The notes beneath the pieces are model-generated. The model searched no databases. It had not been told where the DNA came from and saw only the letters and a list, made by a program, of their open reading frames with translations. From assembly GCA_002269645.1 (NCBI GenBank), contig NIVC01002895.1, forward strand, positions 1-64,000: a stretch of DNA of 64,000 nucleotides. Direction: 5' to 3'. Made by a program: the position numbers and the translations under genes. Of this stretch, positions 24,368 through 36,661 are shown in pieces (the stretch's first letter is position 1; each line of letters starts with the position of its first letter). Origin of the DNA: Macrostomum lignano (Eukaryota).

Positions 24368-25344
24368 GAGATCTACCCTATATAATAAAAATTGAAATTA
24401 TAGGCCCCTAAGCAGTAGGGCCTAAGCCCTATTGATTTTTTTAAAAAGAAAGATTTGCTTTATTTCTCTTAGTCTTAGCCTAAGACTTAGCCTAGGCCAA
24501 GTTGAAAAACAAAGTTATTCTAGATGTAAAAATGGCTACAAATTTATCAATTTTAACCTCTAGTGAACATTAATAGCTACTAAATAATAAATTTGCTTTT
24601 TTATTTTACACATATTCGAATTCAATATCAAGGCGCATGACCAAAATGGCCACACACCAAGATGGCCACAGCTCTGAATGGCTGCTTGAATAGGAATAGG
24701 TCTATATATTTCCTCATTTCCTATTGGCTGTGATTGGGGTGGGGTATGACATAGCTTCAAGTCTCGGAGAAAACAGATTTCGTTGGTGAAATTAGACTAA
24801 GTAAAACAAAAAACACTTCCCTTTACAGCAGGTATTACTACCTACTAAAGCTAGTAGCACTACTAGCACAAGAAATTTAATTTTTGTATCATGGATAATA
24901 GTTTCAAACCTATCTCAATATACTAAAACTGACGTGTTTTTTGTATATGTTAAAAGTTAAAGGTAGAGTGTAAAGGTATTAGTTATGATAGAAGTAAGCA
25001 AAAATTGGAGTGCCCTCTTGTCTCTCATCTTTTCTCTCATCTCTGCACTCTCGTCTCTTATCTTTTCTCTCTCTCTCTCATCTCTGCCCTCTCCTCTCTC
25101 ATCTCTTGCCCTCTCCTCTCTCATCTATTCTCATCTATTCCTTACCCTCTCTCCTCATCTCTGGCCCGCTCTGTCATCAGGACTCCTCGCTTCGCTTTGG
25201 GGGCCAACGAAGCGGACTAGAAGGGCAGTCATGAGCTGGGTTCTCAATCGAGGTAAAAAGTTTGCCAACCCCTGCACTAAAAGCACCTGGCTTAGTCACA
25301 TTAGATAAAAACTACATGTATAGTGGAATGGGATTGAGAACAAC

Positions 25345-25610
25345 GTGAACTAGCCTCTCTACTCTCAACCTCTCTACTCTCAGCCTCTATCTACTCTCAA
25401 CCTCTCTATTCTCAGCCTCTCCACTCTCAGCCTCTCTCTACTCTCAGCCTCTATCCACTCTCAACCTCTATCCCCAGCCCCTCTCTACTCTCAGCCCCTC
25501 TCTACTCTCAGCCCCTCTCTGCTCTCAGCCCCTCTCTACTCTCAGCCCCTCTCTGCTCTCAGCCTCTCTCTACTCTCAGCCTCTCTCTACTCTCAGCCTC
25601 TACTTTCATC
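25345..25610. repeat. CT-rich minisatellite (CTACTCTCAGCCCCTCT-like)
   Basis: Direct inspection. Further CT low-complexity tracts at about 25015-25165, 25750-25910 and 26655-27180. Confidence 0.85.
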
Positions 25611-25962
25611 TTCTCTCTCAGCTCAGCTTATATCTAGTTCTAAAATCTGAAATCATACTCGAACAAAAACTTGTCTTTCGAAAACATGTATCGGCAAAAT
25701 CTCTGGCCTGCTGTCTCTCTATGTCCCTCAGATCCTTTGAAACTTCTATCTTCTCTTTTGTTTCCTCTCTCTCTCTTCTCTCTCTCTCTTCTCTTCTCTT
25801 CTTTCCTATCTCCTCTCTCCCATCTTCTCTCGTCGATCTTCCCTCACCTCTCTTCTCTTTCATCTTTGCTCTCTCTTCTCATTTATCTCTGGTCTCCACT
25901 CTCTCCCCTTAGGAAAGAAGAAAAGATAGGAAAGATAGATAGTAAACATAGGAAAGAAGCCT

Positions 25963-26187
25963 ATGTTTGAAAAAGTGCCCGACTTGTACCAGCTGAGGCC
26001 AGCTAGAAGGCAACGCGGGAGAGATATTGTTGTAGAGTATCCAATCAAGAATGTGCCCACCCACCTTCTGGTGGATGGGGGCAGTGCGCTGTCTTTGCTA
26101 AGAGCCAAAGACTATTCTAAAAAAATCACTGGAAGGAGCGTGGAGGCCTTGGAGCCCCCATGTGTGAAGGCCGTGTCATGTCATTAA
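25963..26187 (+). pseudogene. Isolated retropepsin-like (gypsy pol protease) remnant
   Basis: PIKNVPTHLLVDGGSALSLL resembles the L(V/I)D(T/S)G(S/A)..S(L/I) aspartic-protease motif, with the catalytic D(T/S)G degenerated to DGG. No RT or integrase nearby. Confidence 0.45.
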
Positions 26188-28272
26188 AGATTATAGGACT
26201 GAGAAAATTTATTTATTAGGAGTTAGTCTCCCGTTCGACCCCCGCTGAGTGGCAGAATGGTAGTCAGCCCGTGATTGCTTAATCCCCTCCCAATTAGCGT
26301 ATTGAAAGTTTGCTCGTGTTGCCCCGTTGGATACCGCTTTTCGCTTATTTACGTGCGCTTTCCATTATATTCAAACTATGTTGTGACTCCGTGCTCATGT
26401 GGCGATGTTTAAATATCTAGGATTTGAGCTCGAACTTTGAACTCAAATTTGAGCTCGTACGGTATGTGTTTATTCCCTATAAGTCAATATTATCTTGGAA
26501 ACCGGAAAAAATTCTATGGGTCTGCCCCGCAGTAGGTCCTGCCCCGCTGTTTAAAATTTTGTAGGAACAATGGAAGTCTGGGACTGTTAAAATTAGCACA
26601 TTTCAGTTTGATTTCTCGTGTTTGTTCGCACCTCGTAGGTCAGTGCGAAATTCTCTATTCTATCTCCTCTATCATCTCGACCCTCTCTCCTATTATTTAT
26701 TTCCTGTCTTATCTCCTCTCTCTCCCATCTCTCATCTGTACTCTCCTTTAACATCTCTCCTCTTTTTTCCCAACTCTCCCAACTCTTCTCTCAACTTTCT
26801 CCCCTTTACTCTTTCACCTCCCCTCTCTACTCTCTCCTCCCTCTCATCTCTCATCTCTCCTGCTCTCCCATCTCTCTTCTCCTTTCTACTTTCTCCCTTC
26901 TCCATTCTTCTTTTTCCTCTTATCTCTCTTCTCTCCCTTCCCCTCTCTTCCTGTCCTCTCGATTCTCCCCCTTTATTCTCCTTTCTCCTTCACTCCACTT
27001 CTCTTCCATTGTCTCTCATGTCTGCTCTCACACATTTCTCTTCTCTCCCCACTCGTCTCTATAATCTCTTCCCTCTCCTCTCTCCTCTGTTCTAGCTCTA
27101 CTGTCGCATTTCTCGTCTCTGCTTTCTCATCTCTCCTTTCTCCTCTTTAATCTCTCCTATCTGATCTCTTCTCTCTTCTGTTTGTATCAGACTTGTGTCT
27201 GTACATGTATTTAGAGGTTCGGCTTAATTTGACGAGATTTCAGAATTGTCAGACTTTGATTGAAGCCTTGCGTTTCTTGGGTATCAGTACTTGCTGAAAA
27301 ATACATGCATCTCATATCTGTGCAAATTTGCCGCAGTGCATAAAGAGTACAAATGATATTTACATAAATAAATCTGAGGCTTTATGCTAAGTGCTGCATG
27401 CAAAGTCACTATATTGAGTTATTTATTTACAGCCAAATTGTTATTATGGTTACCAACCATAGCAGTTGGCTAAAAATGTTAAAACTGAAAAAAGATTGCA
27501 ACGAAAAATAACGATATGGCTGATTTGAGGTGAGCTGTTTTATATAGATAGATTTTTATCTCCACGCAAGCCAGTCAGGTATTTAGACTATTTATGACTT
27601 CCAATCGTATCGTATCAGTACAGGCCACAATTGAAAAAAATGTTGCTCTAGGGTTGGCTTGAGTGTAACGATCCGTGAGGCATCACCACCACTAGAGGAG
27701 CAGTGTGAGGACTGTTTGACCATAAATTAACTCTGCTCATTCAAGCTTGAATTGACAGCAACCCCGCCTACCTTTGTATTCAACTCAAACAACAGAATAC
27801 GGCTCGTATGTGAACTCAATACAAGTGGAAATCAAAAATAAAAAACTGCATCAGTTGCCACCCATTCACGATATTTCATATTATTTCTAGATACCAACGG
27901 ATTGACAGCAGTTTGTAGCAATGAATAAATTGTTTTTCTATGAAATCTTTCATCAGGCCTGTTTTGCGAACGTGGGTGCAAAAGGTGTCTCATATCTGCA
28001 TTTTAATAGCTCGTATACGTAGCTCATATAATATCAGGCATAATGATGGGGATGATGGGATGATGATGAATTACGGAGGCAGAAGTGCACTGAGTCACAC
28101 ATACATGCAGTGACTAGCCCAAGTAAAGGCTGCTTGCTCTGTAAGTGCGACGCAATGAACCCCCCCCCCCATCCCAAATTTGAGCGTAAAACAAAGTGTA
28201 ATATCTGGCAAGAAATGTGCACGGTGATTCTTAAATATGCTCCAGGGCTATATTGGGTGCAGCAACTAAGTA

Positions 28273-29590
28273 CGAGGGGTGATCAAAAAGTTCTGCAACC
28301 TTTTGTTATAGCTTTTAGTTATAGAATCGGCAAAAGCCAAAAACTTACACATATGCGGCTATATCTGTTTGCTATATTTATATGCATTTTTGGCTTCCAA
28401 ATGTGCTCCAGTAAATTTCCACAGCCATATATTTTCCATGTGTTTTCAGTAGCTGATGGAAACATCAAAAGACAGTGTTCGCTTCTATATCTTTATGTGC
28501 ATGCAACTTGGTTGCAAAGTGACTGAGATTCACACCGATCTGGTGAATGTTTTAGCTGACTCTGCTCCATCATTTGACACGGTTGCCCGCTGGCTGTGCC
28601 ATTTCTTGGAAGGCCGGGACAGCTTCAACGATGAACCGAGGTCTGGCCGACCCTGGACATCCGTGACCGAAGATGTCGTGGCCCATGCCGATGCAATAAT
28701 TCGTGAGGATTGGAGCATTATGCTGAGATTCCTTGCCTATGAGCTTGGTGTCAGCTATGGAAGTGCTCATAACATCATGCATGAGCAACTGGACCACACA
28801 AAGATCTGCGCTTGGTGGGTACCCCATCTTCTCACTCCGGAGCAGCAAGCAGAGAGGGTGAGCATCTGTCGCTTGTGGGTGCAAATGTTTGAGCCCCACG
28901 GCCCACGACGACTGTCGGATGTCATCACAGGAGACGAATTTTGTATCTCCTTCTTTACCATGAAGGATAAGCAGTCCAACATGGTCTGGCTGGCAGAAGA
29001 TGAGCCCGAGGCCCAAGGTGCTGAAGACCGGATTCCGCAGTCGGAAGCGGATGTTCACCATTTTTTCAACTCTCAGGGTGTTGTATCGGTGAACATCCTT
29101 CCAGCGGGTGCCACAGTAACTGCCAGGTACTACACAGACACTGTTCTGCCAGGCGTGCTGCAGGAGCGGCAGGAACGTGTGTGAACCAGGCATGGACCTC
29201 GAGTCCTGCTGCACCATGACAATGCGGCACCGCACAGAGCGGCCTCAACCATGGCGTACCTGTAGCAGCAGGGGGTCCAGCTGCTGCCCCATCCACCCTA
29301 CTCTCCAGACCTAGCACCATGCGACTTTTGGCTGTTCCCGAGGATCAAATCCGTCATTTCTGGGAGGCCGTTTTCACGCATGCAAGACCTTGCCCAAGCG
29401 GTACATTCAGCTCTACAGGGTATACCAACTTCAGAGTACCATGACTGCTTTCAGACATGGTGCACACGCATGCGACGGTGCTTAGATAGTGGTGGAAAGT
29501 ACTTTGAGGGAATGTGACATTGATTAGACGCCTCGGCTGCTGTAGCACTGAGTTGTGAGGTCACTTGCAGAACTTTTTGATCACCCCTCG
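28273..29590 (+). mobile_element. Full-length mariner element (1318 bp)
   Basis: TIRs CGAGGGGTGATCAAAAAGTTCTGCAA and TTGCAGAACTTTTTGATCACCCCTCG; TA TSD at 28271-28272 and 29591-29592. Confidence 0.96.
28456..29517 (+). pseudogene. Mariner D,D34D transposase, inactivated
   Basis: Motifs WVPHLL, ITGDE, HHDNAAPH, YSPDLAPCD with 34 residues between the last two Asp. In-frame TGA (29182) and TAG, plus compensating frameshifts at about 29008-29066. Confidence 0.95.
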
Positions 29591-29592
29591 TA

Positions 29593-30394
29593 AGTGCGGA
29601 TTTTTTGGCTTTTTTAACTCGTTATGATCTGAAATGGCAATAAGGTACGGGTGGCATGGATAGATGACATGAAACAACATGCGCTTTGCTCCCTCCTTTA
29701 CCTCCTTTGCTGCCTTTCTCTTCTGAGCTGGCCGATCAACTGGATCGCACGTGTGCGGAGCAAGGGCTTCTATGGTTCCATCAGCACGGCGGACTGCGGA
29801 GCCATGACAGTGCAGTGATAAACGCTTAGTGCAGCGATAGTACGTGTTACCATTTCGCCGCGTTTTTGCATCCATCAGATGGCCAAGGTCTCGTTGGGCA
29901 TACTGCACTAGAAGGTCTTTTCCGTGACTGCATCCTGCACCTGTAAGAATCTCAAAGGGCTGGGGAGGTGGGCTGCGGGGCGGTGCAAGCTCTGCTGGAG
30001 GAATTTGAATGGATTCTTCCAGAGCTGGATCAGGGTCATTGAAATCTGGATACTGGTAAAGAAAATTTTCTGCTTGTGCCAGAATCAAATGCACTGGTTC
30101 TGGATTTTCAGCAGGCAGAGGAACAGCCGCTGGTCCAGAATTCGGGGCTTGTACATGTACCACTGCAGCATCTGCAGCTTGAGACACTGCTAAGTTACCT
30201 GCAGGAGCCCGTCTATTGCATTGATTGCAAAGCCAGAAAAACTCACCGACATTTCTCATTGCAGAATACTGATCGATTGTGACGCGACTATCACATGCAC
30301 GGTGCTGCCAATTCAAGCATTGAGAACACTCAATTGCTTCTTGTCCATCGCAAACTGGCTGCAGATAGACCACACATGGATATGCGCCTGCCAT
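29593..30394 (-). CDS. PHD finger + FLYWCH/WRKY-like zinc finger protein (probably Mutator-related), 3' end cut by mariner
   Basis: N-terminal C..(Y)...ECSQCLNWQHRAC...WLCNQC (PHD-like) and YYRCTKRLSLHCHG...HTC (FLYWCH/WRKY-like). The reading frame runs into the mariner TIR. Intactness uncertain. Confidence 0.6.
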
Positions 30395-31696
30395 TTTGTA
30401 TCTAAGTGCTTAGACTACTGTCAGTGAATGAGACAGATGAATTTTGAACAGGGCATGAAATTTACCCAGTTTTTATCCCTTTAAACAAGTAAATTAGTCT
30501 CGACCAATAAGAGAAATGGAAAAAAGCTACACCAGATTTTATATGAAGAAGAGATTTGTTTAATGCAAAATACGTTTATACCTCTTAGGGCCCTACTATA
30601 AGTAGGAAATTAAGACTCGTGACCATTTTTGTCTTTAGCCCTGCAATATGCTAATAAAATTTTGACTGCCTGTCTAAACCCCCCCATTGCAACCCCACAT
30701 CTCCCCACCCGAAGCTATCCAATAGTAAACCAGCTGTCATTTTCCGTGACCCCCACCCCAGCTGTGGCCATCTTGGTGTATGGCCATCTTGGTCTTACAC
30801 CAATATCAATTAGGCCAAGATAAAGTAGTTCCTAAAGAAATGAAAAAATTGCTATAATTTGTATCTTTAGGCCTATCTTATTATAATATATAATATAATT
30901 AACTATAAGAAATAAATAGTCGATGACCAATAATATCAATGATATACCATGGCTATTAAAAATAAAAGCAGAAAGAAACAAAAATAAAGCCAAAGAGAAA
31001 AATAGAACAAGAAAAAGCAAATGGCTTTAATTGCTAGTAGAGGTTAGAATTAGATATGATCTCAATCCCAATCCCAAAGTTGTGGGATTAGGCACAGATT
31101 TAGGCTTCCCCTCAAAACAGCTTGATAGAACATATTGTGCCCTTTATTTGTGCCCTTTAAACTTGATTTTTTGCCCCTACATGCATTTTTTATACCTCTA
31201 GCTTAAAATTGGTGCCTCTCATACTCATGTTGGCACCCCAAACTTAGACTGTCCCCTTTAAATGAAATTTTAGATTTGCCACTATTTGGGATCCCAATGA
31301 AAATTAGATTCCCATGGGACCAAGATCCTAACCCTAAAAAACATGTGAATTGGGAACAACTCTTTTGAATAAAAATTTATAAAAAAGAATTAGTGATTAC
31401 TTGAATGCATTTTGTTTTAATTTGTATTCATTATATTATTACTTTGTCGGTTACAAAACTTTTCATCAATTTTGTTTAACTTTATATGGACTTACAAACT
31501 ACAATATACTAAAGGGTGTCCCTAAAACACGCCCCGCACCGCCCTGCAGCGCTACACATTAAAACAAATTGGACTATAACTGAAGACACTTCAAAATGCG
31601 TTTTCTGTTAAGCTTCAAATTTTTTATTAAATTTAGTTTTTTTATTATGAAATATAAAATTCGGTGAATAATAAGTGATATTATTAATAATATTAA

Positions 31697-32307
31697 GGGT
31701 GCGTTCGAGTGACTTAAAATGACTTAAACTGCCATTTTAACGTCCTTTTGCTCACTTCGCTGCCCGTCAAAATAGTCTTTGAATAATTGCTTAGTAAACT
31801 ATAACATGAAGTTCACTCAGATACTATATTGAAGAATAAGAACCAAGCTGAAAAAGTACAAAACTCCAATAGAAAAATAATAACAGTAGCAACAATAATA
31901 GTGACTATATTCCAAGTCCAAATAAACTACTATGTAATAAAAATTAATAAATAAACAATATTAGTACTAAGCAATTATTCAAAGACCATAATGACGGGCA
32001 GCGAACTGAGCAAAAGGACGTGAAAGCAAATGATAGAACAAAGGTGAAGAATACAAAATATTCAATTACGATTAAATGTGGTAATTGCGAGCGAAGTTAA
32101 AACGGTGCCTAGGCGTTCAGGTTGAGTTGGAAGAAGTATAGGTGACGTTTTTTAATCTTAGACCGGTTTTAGAAATTGAATTAATTCTTAATTGTTATTT
32201 GACTATCATTTACCTAGATTATTTTTACATTTAGTCTGCTTAACATTTGTTTTACTAAGGACGTTAAAATGGCAGTTTAAGTCATTTTAAGTCACTCGAA
32301 CGCACCC
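31697..32307. mobile_element. PIF/Harbinger-type MITE nested in the previous element
   Basis: TIR GGGTGCGTTCGAGTGACTTAAAATGACTTAAACTGCC...; TAA TSD at 31694-31696 and 32308-32310. Confidence 0.88.
32022..32256. mobile_element. Small insertion splitting the right TIR of the Harbinger-type MITE
   Basis: 8-bp direct repeat AAGGACGT at 32014-32021 and 32257-32264; weak terminal inverted similarity (GAAAGCAAATG vs GTAAAACAAATG). Confidence 0.6.
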
Positions 32308-32561
32308 TAATAAAAAATAATAATATAATTTAATAGTGAAAACGAGAATATAAAAAATAATAACAATATTTATAATATTAATTAAAGATGTTTATTCCAT
32401 TACTTGTACAACAAGTGTTTTCTTTGCAATCAAATACTGCGTTGACAAAAAATGTTATAATGTGTAGCGGTTCGGGGCGGGGCGGTGCGTGTTTTAGGGA
32501 GACCCATACTAAAAGACATGATCTTAATTCCTAAATCTAGATCTTGATCCCAAGAAAAAAT

Positions 32562-33347
32562 GGCATTCTTTTGTTTTACGATGCCCAAAATTGTATCTGT
32601 TTCGTCTTACGATGCCCATGTTAAATAAGCAAGAAGGCTTTAAAAATGTATACTTTACAACCGAAAAATGCAGTGTTTCAGAGGTCTTAATTTTAGTCAC
32701 ACAGTTGGTTTGTACTTCTGACTATATTTCCACGGAAATGTCACGACTCACACACTTTAATATTGTATCCGCCCTCATTAGCAACTGAAGCTAATGGCTC
32801 GAGCTTCATTATAATCCGTTTCGTTTTACGATGCCTTATGAATAATTATAACATCTAGGGCATCGTGAAACGAAACGGATATAATAGCTGGCTAGTAAAT
32901 ATTGAACAACATAGAAGTTAATGAGTTTTGTAATTTGTAATGCTTGAAAAGAACAGTCAAGTAAGTTCAACAGACGGCACTCTTGGACTCGAACTCATAC
33001 ATTACACAAAGAGTCCTGTGAATTGATAAAGAAGAGGAGACAAAAGCGGTAAACCAATTTAAAGACCCAAAGTAAACTGCCCCTCACTTTCATTTTGCGA
33101 TGCCCATAATGGACTGAATTACACCAAAGGCATCGTAAAACGAAACAGAAAATGTAGCTTGACTTTCATTAATGAACAACAATCCGTCAAGTATACGAAA
33201 TACAAAATACGTGTATAGCCATAAAACGAAAATTATACAGAAACTTTACCATCATGCCTATGCCATATGCTTTCTATGGGCATCGTAAAACGAATGGGGG
33301 CCATCCCATTGAAATGTATAGCAGGCATTGTAAGACGAAAGAATGCC
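32562..33347. mobile_element. Non-autonomous DNA transposon with subterminal repeats, 8-bp TSD (Merlin-like)
   Basis: TIR GGCATTCTTT(C/T)GT(C/T)TTAC(A/G)ATGCC; about 8 internal GGCATCGTAAAACGAA motifs in both orientations; TSD GAAAAAAT at 32554-32561 and 33348-33355. Confidence 0.82.
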
Positions 33348-33539
33348 GAAAAAATATTCCCATTCCTGATCTAGCCCAAAGATTTCAACCCTATCTAACC
33401 TTGATTAATAGCTAATAATGTTCCTTGGGACTCCCTTAGGCAAAAGAATTAGATAGGCACTTTTGAATCATTTGGATAGGTGTTTCTGAATCATTTAGAT
33501 AGCTCTGTTGTCTCATTTGGTATATAAGCAATGTTCATA

Positions 33540-33608
33540 TATTAGTATAGTATAGTAGTATAGTATATAGTAGTATAGTATAGTATAGTAGTATAGTATA
33601 GTATATAA
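33540..33608. repeat. (TAGTA)n-like microsatellite
   Basis: Direct inspection. Confidence 0.9.
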
Positions 33609-36115
33609 GCAAAGTCTTAAGCAATGTTATGCACAATATAAGGGGAGCATTTTTCTAGAAAATAGATTTGATATTTTGATTGAGGGACTCCAATTGGTTG
33701 TTTGCCTTGTTATACACTGACATCTCTTTAGCCATCAAGCCTTCAAACCTACTAATGGCAGATACTATGCCAGTTGTCCAAAATGTAATACACAATGGAC
33801 TGCAACAAAATGGAAATGACTGTTACAAATTTTGAAGTATTTTTCTTCCAAATTAGAATAAACCATCTACTGCAAAAGTTTCAATGCCTACTATTGCTCT
33901 TCAGGACTAATTGGAAACTTCTAAGTTGTTATCTTGTGCCAAAAAGTATGCAGAGTATAGTATATGCAAATCTAAATCTTGGCCTCTGGGAATGTCAAAG
34001 TGAAAACATCTTTCTAAAAAGTCCTTTAGTTTCACAATGACAGCAGTTATTGCATCCTTGGTCTTTGGTTCTTAAGCCAAAAGTAACAGCTTCCATTTTG
34101 GCTCATTCCAGATAAGATGGACATATTTGGAAAATAGAAAAAAGTCAATATTTTTGCTTACCATTGCCTTATCAGCCATTTTTTTGCCAAATGTTCTAAG
34201 TGTGTAATATATACAATCTAAGAATATATTAAATGGTAAAATGTTGGATTAGTATTTTATCAATTGGCAAAAAGTCATTTTTGGAAAAATTTGGACATTT
34301 TTCTAAGCAAAATACATCATTAACTTTGTGTACCTTTTAAAAACAAATAGAAAGCTTTAACAAACTATAGATAAAATTATAGTACTTGCATAATCAGATA
34401 AAAAATTAGCAACCATATAATCTATTATATTTTTAATATATTAATACCTCAAAGTTACTGAATTGACAGAAAAAAATATGTTACAACCATAATGTTATAA
34501 CCATAAGGCTGCCTTTTCTTTTGTATCTTTGTTGCCTTTATGAGTTTATATATTCTAATAAAAGAATATGATTTCAAAAGATGTTCTTAGTCAAATTTAA
34601 AAAATGTATAGCAAAATATCAAAAATGAAAAATGGTATAAGACTTTTATCTTTTAGTTTCTGTGTCAAAAATCCTGTTGTTATGACCATAAGTGCCATTC
34701 AAGGTTTAATAGCATCTATATTAATGATGATATCTATATGAAACTATATAATATATTCTTGACAAAATAATCCTTTATTCAAAATATTGGTTTAGTATAT
34801 TCTATTATTAGATTTCATTTTATAAGTAAAAATAGCCTGTCATGTTACAACCATAATTATATGGAATGGCCCTTTTGCTGTTTTTGTCTTTAATGGCAAG
34901 AATATATAGCACAAATCTAACATCAGTGACATTTTGGTACAAAACTACTTAGGTACAAATAGCAAATTTATTTTATACATGGCTCAGCTATATAAATAGA
35001 CAAATCTGTTATATTTAAAGCTTAGCCATAGTAATAACTTTTAACATTTTATGGCCAGCTATAAGAATTAGTATTTGGGCTATATTTATGGCTTAGCAAT
35101 AAAAATAACCACAACTAATTTTTAATCATCTTGATTAAAATTCAACATTGAAAATGAAACTAGGCCCTTAAATAGAATTATTTTTTAATAAAGTATTCTA
35201 TAAACTAGAAATAATATGAATAAAGTGAATTGGGAACAAATTGAGTAAAATGTATTGATCAGTCAGGTTTGGTTAATCTAACTTATTACCTATACTTAAG
35301 TTCATGCCTTTCAAGCAAAAAATCTAATTCAATAAACTGATAAAATCTGCCTAGATGCTCCATCTGCCAAGGTCCTTAACTCCAAGGGAAAGGTAGTTAA
35401 AGTCATAGTTAAGCAGTCAGCATGTTTGTTTAGGGCCTTTGATATCAATTTGATATATATGTATTGATATTCTTATATGTTCATTAAGAATAACATAACT
35501 CTGCCACCATTGTAATTGACATGTTAGACTATTTATCATCAGAGCTATTTTGAGTTTCGAGTTTTATGCCTTACTATGGGCAAAGTAATTTAAGGCAATG
35601 CTATGGCTTATTGATTAACAAAAATAGAGGAGCTAAATGTTGCAGTTAAATAAAGTTCAGTTAGAGCTAATTATGAAAGTGGGATGATAGATAGAGCTGT
35701 AGTGCTAGGTAAATTAATTAAAGTAGAAAAGCTATAAGTCAAAAAAATTTTTAGAATAAGTAATAGAAAAAGTTAAAAAAGGAGCAACGTAGCTCCAACT
35801 ACCACATGCATAGAAGAGCCATGCATTGTACAAATCTGGATCACCATTGGTCATCATTGGTGGCATCCATGATGGCCTAGGGCATGGTCTCCTTGGTTGG
35901 CTAGGCAGTCTTAAGACAATCTAGGGCTGAGGTAAAACTAGGAGACCAGCTTAGCACTTGCACTTGATTGCCATCAAAGTGCAACTGCTCAGGTCACTTT
36001 TCAATGGCCACTTCCCAGAAGGCTTAGAGGCAAAGGATCAAGCCTTCCTTTAGGTAGCTGGCCTCCTAGGCTGGTTGGGGCCATCCTCCCTGCTAGACGC
36101 ATTCTTCTACTTCCC

Positions 36116-36661
36116 AGAGAGCTACTCATCCAGCAAGTCATGGACGGCGGCCAGTGTCATCTACTAGCAGAGTCATTGCCAGTCAATCTGGATGCTGTTT
36201 TTCCATAGAGAGCTACTCATCCAGCAAGTCATGGACGGCGGCCAGTGTCATCTACTAGCAGAGTCATTGCCAGTCAATCTGGATGCTGTTTTTCCATAGA
36301 GAGCTACTCATCCAGCAAGTCATGGACGGCGGCCAGTGTCATCTACTAGCAGAGTCATTGCCAGTCAATCTGGATGCTGCTTTTCCATAGAGAGCTACTC
36401 ATCCAGCAAGTCATGGACGGCGGCCAGTGTCATCTACTAGCAGAGTCATTGCCAGTCAATCTGGATGCTGTTTTTCCATAGAGAGCTACTCATCCAGCAA
36501 GTCATGGACGGCGGCCAGTGTCATCTACTAGCAGAGTCATTGCCAGTCAATCTGGATGCTGTTTTTCCATAGAGAGCTACTCATCCAGCAAGTCATGGAC
36601 GGCGGCCAGTGTCATCTACTAGCAGAGTCATTGCCAGTCAATCTGGATGATGCTTTTCCAT
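36116..36661. repeat. 91-bp tandem repeat, about 6 near-identical copies
   Basis: GCTACTC recurs at 36121, 36212, 36303, 36394, 36485, 36576. Confidence 0.95.

Larger units (their letters stand above)
31514..32505. mobile_element. Non-autonomous DNA transposon, 47-bp TIR, 8-bp TSD (Merlin- or MULE-type)
   Basis: TIR GGGT(G/C)TCCCTAAAACACGC...CGCTACACATT (41/47 match); TSD ATACTAAA at 31506-31513 and 32506-32513. Confidence 0.85.

Noticed and set aside
25257-25273. hAT-like TIR (CAGGGGTTGGCAAACT on the minus strand)
   Set aside because: No partner TIR or 8-bp TSD found.
27664-28035. TGTAACGA... possible LTR start
   Set aside because: No matching CA end with TSD and no second copy in the window.
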